This document shows, one piece after another, positions 1 through 9,655 of a stretch of 64,000 nt of DNA (positions are counted from its first letter, which is position 1; each line of letters begins with the position of its first letter). The stretch covers positions 166,254-230,253 of the IMG/VR virus record IMGVR_UViG_3300032770_000002; one strand, 5' to 3'. Position numbers and translations under genes: made by a program. The notes under the pieces are model-generated. The model searched no databases. It saw only the letters and a program-made list of their open reading frames with translations, and was not told the origin of the DNA.

Positions 1-591
1 GGCCAGGGTGAAGGCTCGTCCCGCAGCGACCTTGGCCGGTTTGGCTACATCAGCACTGGCACGACGACGACAGGAGCGTATAAGGTGTGGACGGGAGGTG
101 AACCAGGACTGAGCACAGATGAAGCGTATGGATTTGGTGGCAATTACATCGTGTCAACGGGCGGCACGCCCACCGACCAATTTTACGTCTACATAGGTTT
201 CGGAAACAACGTTGCGGCTGTGCCAACCACGGCCGCGTGCGGCTTCCTTTACGACCCTGGCAACGTCACCGGTTACACAGGGACGTCCTCATCAACCAAC
301 AACTGGTGGTTTCTTCACGGCACTGGCGGCGCCCTCGTGGCAACTGACACCGGCGTGGCTGTGACGTTTACCTCAGCGACGGCTCACAGACTTGGGGCCG
401 AATTTGACGCGTCTGGGATTACGGCAAAGGTTGACAGTTCAACTATCTTCTCTGATTCGACCGACATCACCGAAAGCGCGCTGTATAACTGGATTACCAT
501 CGTCAAGACAGCTGGCACTACATCTCGCCTTCTATATGAAGCTCGGCCTTGGCTGCACATCCGGCAATCGACGCTCAAGTTAAATCCGTAA
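1..591 (+). CDS. C-terminal part of a virion structural / tail-fibre-like beta-rich protein (5' truncated by window)
   Basis: Frame is open from base 1 (GQGEGSSRSDLGRFGY...) to the stop at 591; G/T/S/aromatic-rich lectin-like composition. Confidence 0.5.
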   Translation, partial: GQGEGSSRSDLGRFGYISTGTTTTGAYKVWTGGEPGLSTDEAYGFGGNYIVSTGGTPTDQFYVYIGFGNNVAAVPTTAACGFLYDPGNVTGYTGTSSSTNNWWFLHGTGGALVATDTGVAVTFTSATAHRLGAEFDASGITAKVDSSTIFSDSTDITESALYNWITIVKTAGTTSRLLYEARPWLHIRQSTLKLNP

Positions 592-603
592 GTTCTAAAA
601 CCA

Positions 604-882
604 GTGAACTACATCGTTTACGAAGAAGACGGTTTCGGAGTGGTGGAGTCACCTTGCGTTGAAGGGCGAAGTCTTGGCGTGTTTTCAGGGACGGAAGCTG
701 AGGTCGCGGCCTACTGTGAAGCTGAGACGCGTAAACTCCACCCGAAGCGAACGAACTGGGATTCACCGCAGATTCGTTTTAAGCCAGCGATTCAACTTAA
801 CCCAAATCACGTAGAATGGCAATCTTCATTAGTTTCGAAGGGGACGAGTGTGTCGGAAAGACCACACAAGCAAGCATCTTGA
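604..882 (+). CDS. hypothetical protein
   Basis: 92-aa ORF; GTTCTA element 6 nt before the GTG. Confidence 0.5.
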   Translation: MNYIVYEEDGFGVVESPCVEGRSLGVFSGTEAEVAAYCEAETRKLHPKRTNWDSPQIRFKPAIQLNPNHVEWQSSLVSKGTSVSERPHKQAS

Positions 883-1478
883 CGGCTCGGCTTAAGGCCT
901 CGCGCATCCCGGCCATCTTGGTCCGAGAACCTGGTGGGACGCCGTTTGGCGAAACATGCCGATCGATCCTAAAGGACCCAAACAACGACCTGTGCCCGGA
1001 AGCTGAGCTGCTCTTGATGAACGCTAGCCGCTCGCAACTTGTCAGCACAGTCATCTTGCCAGCTTTGAATGAAGGCGTTACCGTAATTGCCGATCGCTTT
1101 CATGACTCGACCATCGCCTATCAGGGTTACGGGCGTGAATTGGGACAGAAGGCCGAAGACGTTGTCAACGTCGCCATCGGTGACGTCATCCCAGACATTA
1201 CCTTTTACCTGTGGGCGGCCAAGGGCACGAAGGAACGCCGACAAATTCAGCGTGGAGCTCCGCCAACTGACAAGTTTGAGTCGCTAGACCAGGCCTTTTT
1301 TGCTAGGGTGCGTGAAGGCTACGAGCACATCATGACTCATAATGCGCGCGTTGCGTGCATCGAATCTAGCGGCGCCATTGACCAGGTTTCAGACGCAATT
1401 TGGAGCAAGCTACTCAGCTGGAAGGAGTGGTGCGTAAATCGGCCCAAAAAGCCCTGGGAGCCAAGTCTCAGCTTGTGA
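816..1478 (+). CDS. tmk: thymidylate (dNMP) kinase
   Basis: FISFEGDECVGKTTQ P-loop, REPGGT, ADRFHDSTIAYQG, PDITFYL motifs. Confidence 0.92.
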   Translation: MAIFISFEGDECVGKTTQASILTARLKASRIPAILVREPGGTPFGETCRSILKDPNNDLCPEAELLLMNASRSQLVSTVILPALNEGVTVIADRFHDSTIAYQGYGRELGQKAEDVVNVAIGDVIPDITFYLWAAKGTKERRQIQRGAPPTDKFESLDQAFFARVREGYEHIMTHNARVACIESSGAIDQVSDAIWSKLLSWKEWCVNRPKKPWEPSLSL

Positions 1479-1500
1479 GTATATTTAGGTTACGAACGAT

Positions 1501-1722
1501 ATGAAAAACGAACAGTTAGCTAACCAGATCTGTGACCAACTTTTGGCCCGTGAAGAAGTTAAAGAATGCGGCCCTGGAATGCGCGGCAGCCGCTCCGCCG
1601 AAGGGTCCGGAAGCCGAGCTGGGTTTGCTTCTCGGGCTTCGCGTGGATCCGCATCAGCTTCCCGTGAAGCGTCCGCGTCGCGTGAAGCATCGGCCTCGCG
1701 TGAAGCGGCTGGGTCGCGCTAG
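1501..1722 (+). CDS. small low-complexity protein with ASREAS repeats, putative internal head protein
   Basis: 73-aa ORF; N-terminus LANQICDQLLAREE; repeat-rich tail. Confidence 0.55.
   Translation: MKNEQLANQICDQLLAREEVKECGPGMRGSRSAEGSGSRAGFASRASRGSASASREASASREASASREAAGSR
1657..1710 (+). repeat. three imperfect 18-nt coding tandem repeats (ASREAS)
   Basis: gcttcccgtgaagcgtcc / gcgtcgcgtgaagcatcg / gcctcgcgtgaagcggct. Confidence 0.8.
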
Positions 1723-1994
1723 AAGGCCTTGATTTCGATGACCGGAAGTTGTGAACCGTCCGCCATTACCGGACGGTTTCGTTTTGTCTCCTGAAGGTCA
1801 TCTTCGGTTATTGCCGAGTTCCAGCACTCGGAACACAAGAATCCATCGTAGCCGTAGATGGAGTGGAAGTCGGATGATTTAATGAGGAGGGTTTGGCAGT
1901 TGACGCACACCCCACACGTCACCATGTCACGGTGCCACCCGATTATTGAGTAGCCCGCGTTGTCAACCCCAAAGTCGTCTGATTTTGCGGACAT
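1719..1994 (-). CDS. small Cys-rich (Zn-ribbon-like) hypothetical protein
   Basis: CVNC...CSEC pairs; stop overlaps the convergent gene. Confidence 0.45.
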   Translation of the reverse strand: MSAKSDDFGVDNAGYSIIGWHRDMVTCGVCVNCQTLLIKSSDFHSIYGYDGFLCSECWNSAITEDDLQETKRNRPVMADGSQLPVIEIKAF

Positions 1995-2037
1995 TGGTTT
2001 CTTCTCGCGATTTAAGAACAGCAGTGTTCTCAGGTTC

Positions 2038-2643
2038 GTGCGTTATTTACCTGGACATCAATTTGAAAGTGGTTTGATTTTAGTAAGGAGATCTCGAACC
2101 GTTCATCGAGGAATTTTCAAGTGTGTTTGCGGTGATGAATTTGAAACATTTATAGCCAATGTCGCTAGGGGTATTACTCGATCATGTGGATGTCTTAAGT
2201 CAATACTTCGTCGACAAACACTGGGTCCAATCGATTACGAGTCTGCTCGTGATAAAATTCTCTTTTCTACGATCAAATTTCATGCCAAAGATCGAGGTCT
2301 TGAGTTTGAGTTAACTCTCGATGATGTCCGAAGATTAACGCGTCAAAACTGCCATTTCTGTGGGAGTCCTCCGGCCAGTCGTCATTTTATTGGAGGTCGA
2401 AATAGACTTGCGTCATTTTACATCATTCATAATGGGATTGACCGATTGGATAATCTAAAAGGTTACACTGTCAAAAACTCGGTGCCCTGCTGTAAACAGT
2501 GCAACTATTCAAAACGCGACAACAGTGTCGACGAATTTAACGCCTGGATTGATCGCGTTGTGGCCCATCGTAACGCGGTTAAAGATCAAAGTGAGATGGC
2601 TTCAACAGTGATTCTCAGACGAAATTGTCAGTTGACGTGTTAA
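2038..2643 (+). CDS. HNH homing-endonuclease-like protein
   Basis: CVCG...SCGC N-terminal motif; CHFCG...GIDRLDNLKGYTVKNSVPCCKQCNYSK HNH motif; lower GC than flanks; start placed at GTG 2038 (ORF track starts at 1960). Confidence 0.8.
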   Translation: MRYLPGHQFESGLILVRRSRTVHRGIFKCVCGDEFETFIANVARGITRSCGCLKSILRRQTLGPIDYESARDKILFSTIKFHAKDRGLEFELTLDDVRRLTRQNCHFCGSPPASRHFIGGRNRLASFYIIHNGIDRLDNLKGYTVKNSVPCCKQCNYSKRDNSVDEFNAWIDRVVAHRNAVKDQSEMASTVILRRNCQLTC

Positions 2644-3679
2644 GAATTTCGTGAATGAGAAGATTTTTTTCATTGTTCGCACATTGGTGGCAGCAGTCTC
2701 TGACCGGGTCTAAGCCGTCAAACCTTGCCTTGGCCTCGTCGCTGAACCACAGCTCGCTAAACTTTCGGTCCTTGATTGACCCGATTGCGCCAGTCTCATC
2801 ATAGGCCTTGTTGTGGCAAGCATAGACGTTTAAGTCCGCGCCAACGACCGGGACAATCTGCATGAAATAGCACCGGTGATAGGTTCGAAAGCTGTTGTGG
2901 GCCGATGACATCAAGTCATAGGTCGTGTTGACCGAGAACGTCTTGTCAACGATCTTGTCGCGAATCTGGTCGAGTTGAACCTGCACCCGTGCAGCGATCT
3001 TGCGGTGATACTCGTGGAAGCCGGGTGAAAGCCACATCGGGCTGAAGCGCACGTTCTGAACGCCGCAGTCCTTAAGCTGCTGTGAGAATTGGAATAGCTT
3101 GGAGCAGTTGTCGGCGTGGACGATGAAGTTGACGTAGAGGTCGCAGGTCTTTGACTTTCTTTTTGCAAAGGCCGCAATGTTGACCATGATCTCGTCGAAC
3201 ATCGACTCATGGACGTGGCGGAACTTTGCCAGCTCCTCCTTGCACGAGTAGTCCATTGACACGCGAACCCACTTGGCGTTGGCGAGAGTCTCTGCCCGCT
3301 CGTCACTCAGAAAGGACCCGTTGGTGATGATGGAGAGGTCGATGTTCCGCTCAAGCGTGTATCGCATCATCGGCACGATGTCTGGGTGGATGAGCGGCTC
3401 ACCGCCACCAGAGAACGTCAAGGCCTTGACCCCAATGTCGGAAAAGTCGTCGAGAAGCTCAATCATCTTCTCGAGCTTGATGCGGTCACGCACGGCCATC
3501 TCCTTGTGCATCTGGGACATCTCTGGCGCGTGATAGACACACCACCAACAGTGATGGTTGCAGAGATTGATTGGCTTGACCCGGACGTAAATAGGCGCAC
3601 TGATGGTGCCTTTTCTGAACGACTTGAGCTTGTCCGGGAAGTGAACTATCTTCAGGTCTGAATACTTGTTGCTCGGCAC
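2615..3679 (-). CDS. radical SAM protein with SPASM/twitch-like C-terminal domain
   Basis: CNHHCWWC (CxxxCxxC), SGGGEPL, ITNG, WVRVSMD; C-terminal CYF...VYACH...CCHQC. Confidence 0.9.
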   Translation of the reverse strand: MPSNKYSDLKIVHFPDKLKSFRKGTISAPIYVRVKPINLCNHHCWWCVYHAPEMSQMHKEMAVRDRIKLEKMIELLDDFSDIGVKALTFSGGGEPLIHPDIVPMMRYTLERNIDLSIITNGSFLSDERAETLANAKWVRVSMDYSCKEELAKFRHVHESMFDEIMVNIAAFAKRKSKTCDLYVNFIVHADNCSKLFQFSQQLKDCGVQNVRFSPMWLSPGFHEYHRKIAARVQVQLDQIRDKIVDKTFSVNTTYDLMSSAHNSFRTYHRCYFMQIVPVVGADLNVYACHNKAYDETGAIGSIKDRKFSELWFSDEAKARFDGLDPVRDCCHQCANNEKNLLIHEILNTSTDNFV

Positions 3680-3686
3680 GGTTAAA

Positions 3687-4160
3687 CTACGCTGGCACTT
3701 TCTTCAGGCTGATGAACCACGGTCGTTCATAGTCAATTGACTTCATGGCTCGAATGAGGCCGTCGACTGACGCCGGAAATTTGGCCTGGATGTTTCGGAA
3801 CATTCCAGTCATTGACAGTGCGTCAAGTTCGTTGTGGCTTGGGCCGTAGGTTGGGTAGTCCGCGTAGCCAACTAAGCCGACCGGCAGTTTTTGGAAGTCA
3901 ATGTCAAGCTTGACTTGCTCAAAGGCCCGCTCAAGCAGGAATGGCGTGATCGTGTAGACGATCGGACGCAGACCGGCGATGGCCATCCCGGCGGCAAATC
4001 CAACCATGCTCTGCTCGGCAATTCCAAACTCAATGTGCCTCCGCGGGCAGAGCGCGCGAAACGTGTCGAACATCGCTCCGCCGACGTCGCCAGTGATGAG
4101 GTGGACACGCCCGTCTTGCAGGCCTAACGCGGCAATGGATTCGGCAAACTGTTTTCTCAT
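3687..4160 (-). CDS. transketolase, pyrimidine-binding (C-terminal-type) subunit
   Basis: LITGDVG, FGIAEQSMVGFAAGMAIAGLRP, FLLERAFEQVKLD, GPSH. Confidence 0.88.
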   Translation of the reverse strand: MRKQFAESIAALGLQDGRVHLITGDVGGAMFDTFRALCPRRHIEFGIAEQSMVGFAAGMAIAGLRPIVYTITPFLLERAFEQVKLDIDFQKLPVGLVGYADYPTYGPSHNELDALSMTGMFRNIQAKFPASVDGLIRAMKSIDYERPWFISLKKVPA

Positions 4161-4792
4161 AGTTCGGACATGATCGATTGAAATTCAGGGTCGGTTAGGA
4201 AGTGAACGTGCCAGTCAGGGTGGGCTTCGAAAAGCTTGACACCGAAGCCCTTCTGGCGTCCGTATGTCTTGATTGGGAACACTTGGTTCATGAGCTTAGT
4301 GATTGACGGATCGAGACACCGGCACGAGCCCTGCCACCCGTTGTCGTCGACGTGAACGGTGAGATTATCGAGGTTGTATCGGCGGGCGACGTTCAAACTT
4401 TCCCACGTCGTTCCCTCAAGGCACTCGCCATCGCCAAGCAGGACGTGGACGTGGCCAGGGGCGTGGATAAACTTCTTGGCGTAGGCGATCCCGACGGCCG
4501 TTGGAAGGCCGTGTCCAAGGCTGCCTGTTGTTGACGGAATGCCATTGGCCGGGTCAATGTCAGGGTGGACCTTCATGACGTTAGGGTGAAAGCCGTGGCT
4601 CTCCAAGACCGCAAACCACGCGACACACGCGTGACCCTTGCTAAGGATGAAGACGTCATTCTTGTGGTCGAATTGCTTGTAGATGTCCACGATGACCGGA
4701 AGTGCGCTCAGGCTGCTGGCGATGTGGCCGTGTGAGTTGATGTCACGGTGGGACCTGGCTATTTCAATGACGCGGCGAATGAGTTCTTTCAT
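4157..4792 (-). CDS. transketolase, N-terminal TPP-binding subunit
   Basis: GHIASSLS, FILSKGHA, TTGSLGHGL, GDGECLEGTTWE...DDN TPP motif. Confidence 0.9.
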   Translation of the reverse strand: MKELIRRVIEIARSHRDINSHGHIASSLSALPVIVDIYKQFDHKNDVFILSKGHACVAWFAVLESHGFHPNVMKVHPDIDPANGIPSTTGSLGHGLPTAVGIAYAKKFIHAPGHVHVLLGDGECLEGTTWESLNVARRYNLDNLTVHVDDNGWQGSCRCLDPSITKLMNQVFPIKTYGRQKGFGVKLFEAHPDWHVHFLTDPEFQSIMSEL

Positions 4793-4794
4793 AC

Positions 4795-5466
4795 ATGTTT
4801 AGCAAAGAAGAAGTCATCTCGAGCTTGACCACTCCACGTCAAGCTCTGCTTAACCCGGCTCGGTGGAACCAATTCCTCTCGATGGGCCTGCCGATTAAGG
4901 ACAAGACGATTTTTGAGCCAGGCGCTGGCATCGGCGACCAGACTGATTGGCTGTTGAAGCAGGGCGTGAAACACGTCACGGTCCACGACGGCCGGCCGGA
5001 GTCGTTGAAGGTGATTCAAGACCGTTTCGGCTCTGACCCTCGGCTCAGTTACGTGTGCGGTAACTTGGAGAACGGCCTGACTGAAGCGCAGTTCAACTTC
5101 ACCGTTGACTTCATCTACTGCTATGGCGTCTACTATCATCTCAACGAGTCAATGCAGAATTGGAACATCATGAAAGGCCTCGCCAAGATGGGACCAACCA
5201 TGGCCTTTGACTACCTTGAAAGTCACCGTGGTGACGACTACACGTATTCATACGGGTATGAAGTTCCAAGCACGTCAATGAGCCGGTTTGCGCTGCGTCC
5301 GACTCGCGCGACTTTAATCAAGGCTGTCAGGGACATCTGGGGCTTTGCCTACTTGCCAAAGAACCAGCTTCAGTGGAATGACCCTTACGACGGGACGGAG
5401 CGGCGCTTTGTCATGGTCGCTTCTCATGTTCCATTGGACGGCGCTAACCTTGAGCTTCAGACCTGA
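4795..5466 (+). CDS. class I SAM-dependent methyltransferase
   Basis: IFEPGAGIGD motif I, VHDGR, DFIYCYGVYYHL. Confidence 0.8.
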   Translation: MFSKEEVISSLTTPRQALLNPARWNQFLSMGLPIKDKTIFEPGAGIGDQTDWLLKQGVKHVTVHDGRPESLKVIQDRFGSDPRLSYVCGNLENGLTEAQFNFTVDFIYCYGVYYHLNESMQNWNIMKGLAKMGPTMAFDYLESHRGDDYTYSYGYEVPSTSMSRFALRPTRATLIKAVRDIWGFAYLPKNQLQWNDPYDGTERRFVMVASHVPLDGANLELQT

Positions 5467-5839
5467 CAGAGTCTGTTAGGGCTTTAGACACCTTCTGGCG
5501 TAGAATCAACGTGAGCAGGTGTTGGGCCGCGTCGCCTAGTTCTGGGTCATTTTTAATGTTGTGGAGCCATGTTGTGCAAAGGGTCTTGGCCGTTTCAGGG
5601 CCAAACGAGTCAATAAATTCATTGTCTTTCAAAAAGAAGACAATGATACCCTGTGGCAGCTTTCCTTTCAAAACTCGATGAATAGCTTGGTATATGTGCA
5701 TCCGCCTTTGGGCGCCTTTAACGCGAATGACGAGAAGAGACCCTGGCTTTAATTCGCGGACGTCACCCACAAGCTCACACGAGATCAGGGTAGACAACCA
5801 CAAGCCAAAGACGCGTAGAAAGTAAAATTTTTTAATCAT
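5444..5839 (-). CDS. hypothetical protein
   Basis: ORF; ATG 5839 overlaps the upstream stop (ATGATTAA). Confidence 0.45.
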   Translation of the reverse strand: MIKKFYFLRVFGLWLSTLISCELVGDVRELKPGSLLVIRVKGAQRRMHIYQAIHRVLKGKLPQGIIVFFLKDNEFIDSFGPETAKTLCTTWLHNIKNDPELGDAAQHLLTLILRQKVSKALTDSVRSEAQG

Positions 5840-6596
5840 TGAGGTTGTTGAGTTCACGCTCGAGTTGATCGACGCCATTGACGAGAACCACGCGGTCGTC
5901 AAAGTTCACGAGGTCGTGGCTGTAGTTGACCCACCGCTTGACGTGTGGAAAAGCGAGCTCATTGAACGTGGCCAGGAATGGGGCGTTGGCCACGCCAACC
6001 ACGAACTTGCACCGCGACGCCAGTTCACCGATTTGGTTGAGTTTCAACCCGAGTTGAGTCGTCACGGGGATGCGGTCATCGCCGCAAGGGTGAGTGGCCA
6101 CAAGTTTAAACTTTCCAGCAAAGCGGCGAACCAGCTCGTCAACTAGGCCCTGTGAAAACCCATGGCACTGCCCGCTCAATGGCGTGGAGTTGACGAAGAG
6201 CATGTCAAATGACTGGCCGCTGAGAGGGTGATTCGGGTCCATTGACTCGGCTGGAAACAACATCTCCTTGTGGCTCGGCGTGGCCCACGAAAGCCCTAAC
6301 AACTTGGCGATGTAGCCGTGAAACTCAATGAGAAAGTCGAGGAACTTGCTCGGGTTGCGGCGCGTCTGATACCAGTTATCACGGCCTATCCACCCATCAA
6401 AAGACCCGTCGACGTGCTTGTCAGTAATGATTAGGTTTGGCAACTTTCTGGCCATTCCACGAACCTGGTCGACATACTCCGGACGCACTGAAAAGACGAA
6501 CTCGTCCGTAGTTCGTTTGGCCGCAATGTTGAGGAACATTAACATGAACAACTGGTCACCGCAATGAAATGACGAAAAGACGTTCTTTGTTGACAT
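5832..6596 (-). CDS. glycosyltransferase-like protein (GT-B/GT9-like)
   Basis: N-terminal HCGDQL; C-terminal LNQIGELASRCKFVVGVANAP resembles the heptosyltransferase-type motif. Confidence 0.5.
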   Translation of the reverse strand: MSTKNVFSSFHCGDQLFMLMFLNIAAKRTTDEFVFSVRPEYVDQVRGMARKLPNLIITDKHVDGSFDGWIGRDNWYQTRRNPSKFLDFLIEFHGYIAKLLGLSWATPSHKEMLFPAESMDPNHPLSGQSFDMLFVNSTPLSGQCHGFSQGLVDELVRRFAGKFKLVATHPCGDDRIPVTTQLGLKLNQIGELASRCKFVVGVANAPFLATFNELAFPHVKRWVNYSHDLVNFDDRVVLVNGVDQLERELNNLND

Positions 6597-7337
6597 ATGA
6601 TCGTGATGACTACTCTGTTCCGATTAACCGGAGAACTAGCGAGTGATCGATTGAAGGAATTTCGGTATTGCATCGAGAAAAATGCTGACAACCCGATTGT
6701 CGAAAAGCTTCACGTCCTGTGGGAGCGGAAAGATCCTATCAAGTCTCGCGATCCGAAGCTGAAGGTGCGGGAGCATTACTTCGGTGATCCATTCCCGTTC
6801 GATGACGACCATCTATTTTTGAATCATCCTAAGATCACCGTTCATATCTGTGATGGTCGGCCGATGTATAGCGACTTTATTCGTGTGGCCAGGGACGAGC
6901 ACCTTGAAGGAAAGGTCATTGCAATTTGCAACACAGACATTTGGACTGACGAGACCTTAGCCCTGGCCGAGAACATCCAGACTGACACGATTTACGCCAT
7001 CACGCGCCACAACTGGGACCCTGGAAAAAAGGAGTCCACTGGGTTGCAAGGTGACGGGCTGCACGGGTCACAGGACACGTGGATCTTTCGCCACCCGCTC
7101 AGGCCATTCCAGAATGAGATCTACATGGGCGTTCTTGGGTGTGATTCATATTTTGCCCAGAAAGCCATCGAGATGGGCATCACGGTCATCAACCCGTGCC
7201 GCCAGATCAAGACGTATCACCTGCACACGATCGGGTGGCGAAACAACACTCCAGGCGGAAAAAGCTACTGGGATTCACCCGATTACATGGCTGTCTGTAT
7301 TCAACCGAGTGACATTAATGCGCCGCCGGCGCCCTAA
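6597..7337 (+). CDS. glycosyltransferase-like protein (GT-A-like)
   Basis: ICNTDIWTDE (xxD motif), AITR, SQDTWIF, GVLGCDS, NPC...YHLH; pattern typical of viral GT-like proteins. Confidence 0.55.
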   Translation: MIVMTTLFRLTGELASDRLKEFRYCIEKNADNPIVEKLHVLWERKDPIKSRDPKLKVREHYFGDPFPFDDDHLFLNHPKITVHICDGRPMYSDFIRVARDEHLEGKVIAICNTDIWTDETLALAENIQTDTIYAITRHNWDPGKKESTGLQGDGLHGSQDTWIFRHPLRPFQNEIYMGVLGCDSYFAQKAIEMGITVINPCRQIKTYHLHTIGWRNNTPGGKSYWDSPDYMAVCIQPSDINAPPAP

Positions 7338-7356
7338 AAATTTTTCCACTTTTTTG

Positions 7357-7384
7357 TTTACAAATGTCAGAAGAGCGGTATATT
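7357..7384 (+). promoter_or_regulatory. class 1 sigma70-like promoter TTTACA-N16-TATATT
   Basis: tttttgTTTACAaatgtcagaagagcggTATATT. Confidence 0.8.
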
Positions 7385-7429
7385 AGGGATGTAAGTTAAA
7401 ACTTAACACGACCAAAGAAAGATAATCAT

Positions 7430-8134
7430 ATGGCACTCAAAGACATTTCAGTCAAAACTCCCAAGGCCAAAGCCGGCAAGTCCGAAATGCCCGTCGTCGA
7501 GATCAACGCGATGACCACGGTGACCGACGCTGAAGGCGTTGCCAAACAAGTTCCGCTGATCACCGAGTTCAACAAGGCCAAACTGGCCATGAAGGACGCC
7601 GAAGCCAAGGTCAAGGAGATGGAGCCGGAAGTCAAAAAGCTTGGCGTGCTGGAGTGGATCAAAGCCAACGTTGACAAAGGCCCGGGTGAACCGCTCTCGA
7701 GCGTCAAGCTTATCGACCCCAATGGCAGCGAGCTGCGCCTGACCGGTCAAGACCGCTATCCGCTGGCCGACGCCGAGCCCGTCGACGTTCTCTTCACCGA
7801 GACCCTCCACGAGGACATCAACCAGTATGTTCAGTTCACGCTCAAGGCCGCGTTCAACAGCAAGGTGTTCCTCGACGCCGACGGCGACTTCCAGGAGGAG
7901 ATTTATGAGCAGTTCAACCAGGCGTGCGCCGCCGTGGCCAAGAAGCTTGGCGTCGCCAACCCGCTGTCCGCGACCAAGGTCCTCCAGCCGAAGCCTCAGT
8001 TCCACAAGGAACGCTGGGTCAACTTCAACGTCGTGCAGAACCGCCAGCTCTTTGACGTGCTGCCGAACGTCGTGACCATGACGCCGCTCGTGACCAACGA
8101 CAAGCCCGCAGTTAAAGCTGAGTCAGCTGCGTAA
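7430..8134 (+). CDS. hypothetical protein, probably highly expressed
   Basis: 234-aa ORF with strong C/G3 codon bias; own promoter and terminator. Confidence 0.75.
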   Translation: MALKDISVKTPKAKAGKSEMPVVEINAMTTVTDAEGVAKQVPLITEFNKAKLAMKDAEAKVKEMEPEVKKLGVLEWIKANVDKGPGEPLSSVKLIDPNGSELRLTGQDRYPLADAEPVDVLFTETLHEDINQYVQFTLKAAFNSKVFLDADGDFQEEIYEQFNQACAAVAKKLGVANPLSATKVLQPKPQFHKERWVNFNVVQNRQLFDVLPNVVTMTPLVTNDKPAVKAESAA

Positions 8135-8179
8135 CAATTTTGCTGGTGTGGTCGTGTCATCGTAAAGCATCAGCAACTA

Positions 8180-8216
8180 GGTGGCCGGGATTGTCTTCCC
8201 GGCCACCGCTCTTTTT
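8180..8216 (+). terminator. intrinsic terminator
   Basis: 11-bp stem GGTGGCCGGGA / TCCCGGCCACC, 6-nt loop, then gctcttttt. Confidence 0.8.
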
Positions 8217-8525
8217 ATGACTCGATTTGAAAAAGAAATCATGACTCGCTACAGCGATCACCCGTTGGCCATGGCTCGACAACTTTACGAGCGTGACAAT
8301 GAAATTTACGAGCGTGACCATGAAATCAAAAGGTTAAAGGCCGATCTAATCCACCTGACTGTCTGCGTGAGGCGTGCTCACGAAGCTTTGGACCGGGTGA
8401 TGAACGGACCGCCAACCGTCGAGAGGGGTAGAAAGATTGCCAAAATCACCAACTACCTCGAAGACTGCAATTCCATGTTCGGCTTCAAGAAGCCAGTGAA
8501 AAAATCAGCGAAGTCGAAGACATGA
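8217..8525 (+). CDS. hypothetical protein
   Basis: ORF from ATG 8217; ATGA overlap with the next gene. Confidence 0.6.
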   Translation: MTRFEKEIMTRYSDHPLAMARQLYERDNEIYERDHEIKRLKADLIHLTVCVRRAHEALDRVMNGPPTVERGRKIAKITNYLEDCNSMFGFKKPVKKSAKSKT

Positions 8526-9025
8526 GCGAACAACTTCAACGATCGGAACGCTTGACCCTCGACGAGATTGACGACCTTGAGAAGGGTCTCGAAGGGCTCA
8601 AGACGTGGATGGACACCCTTGGATTTGGCGTCATCGCTGAGACCCCGCGCACCATCACATTCAGTCCGCGCATGCGGTCGGCTTTGGCTCGCAGCGGAAA
8701 CCTGATCATGGACATGTCCATCATGGAGACGAGGTTCATCCAGCAGTGCGGCGCCACGACGGTCAAGGCGAAGGACCACGTCCAGGAGGAATTTTGCCTG
8801 CTTGTCACGTTGAACAACGAGCGTGAGACGATGGTCCAACTGTATGGCGTGATGAACGGCCAGGAGGTCTTCAACAACTTCAAGGGCTTCGTCCACGACG
8901 TCGTCACGAACCGGCTGGCCATGCCACAGCCGATCAAAGAAGAGCTGTCCAGGACGTTTCTGGAAGGCCTGCAGGTGCTCAAGAAAGACCCTGTGAAGCT
9001 TCTTCAATTTGGCGTTACGCCATGA
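8522..9025 (+). CDS. hypothetical protein
   Basis: 167-aa ORF with ATGA coupling at both ends. Confidence 0.65.
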   Translation: MSEQLQRSERLTLDEIDDLEKGLEGLKTWMDTLGFGVIAETPRTITFSPRMRSALARSGNLIMDMSIMETRFIQQCGATTVKAKDHVQEEFCLLVTLNNERETMVQLYGVMNGQEVFNNFKGFVHDVVTNRLAMPQPIKEELSRTFLEGLQVLKKDPVKLLQFGVTP

Positions 9026-9648
9026 AATGGACGCATTGCAAATATGACGGTGCAAGGCTGAGGAAAGATGCGGACAATACTGTCCAACGAAAAACTGTCA
9101 GTGGCACCATGGTCTTCCGACGTCAGAAGATGATGGGCCTCCACGTCATCGAAAATTCCATCGTGTTCCTATGGGTGATGTCAACCGCTCGACGAGTCAT
9201 TGACCAAGTTGCTGAGTCTGACGACCTCAGTCAGGCCATTCGTCAGCGTGAACACTTGATCCTGTGCATGCGCGACCCAGCATTTGTCGCGCGGAGTGAA
9301 AATCCTCGGAAAGCCATTACTGGAGACATTCTCAAGATCACACGGAGAATGAAGCACCCGCCTGGTTCAACAGTCCACATCATGCAATTGACCAGGGACG
9401 CCGAGGACATTGATCGGCCGTGGGACCGCGGCACGCGAACGGTTCGTGCAACTCAGTTTCAAGGAATTCCACCGCAGGACAGTAAGACGTGGGGTCGTCC
9501 AACTTATGGTCATTCCGTTGATTATTGGAACTATGAACCACACGAGTGGGGCACCCAGGAAGTCGAACTGGTCGGGCACGGAAAACGTCATGAGCTGGGA
9601 CGGCTATGGACGCCACGGCCTGGAAATCCTGGCTACGATTTGGGCTAG
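9022..9648 (+). CDS. hypothetical protein
   Basis: 208-aa ORF with ATGA coupling. Confidence 0.6.
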   Translation: MKWTHCKYDGARLRKDADNTVQRKTVSGTMVFRRQKMMGLHVIENSIVFLWVMSTARRVIDQVAESDDLSQAIRQREHLILCMRDPAFVARSENPRKAITGDILKITRRMKHPPGSTVHIMQLTRDAEDIDRPWDRGTRTVRATQFQGIPPQDSKTWGRPTYGHSVDYWNYEPHEWGTQEVELVGHGKRHELGRLWTPRPGNPGYDLG

Positions 9649-9655
9649 TTAGCAT

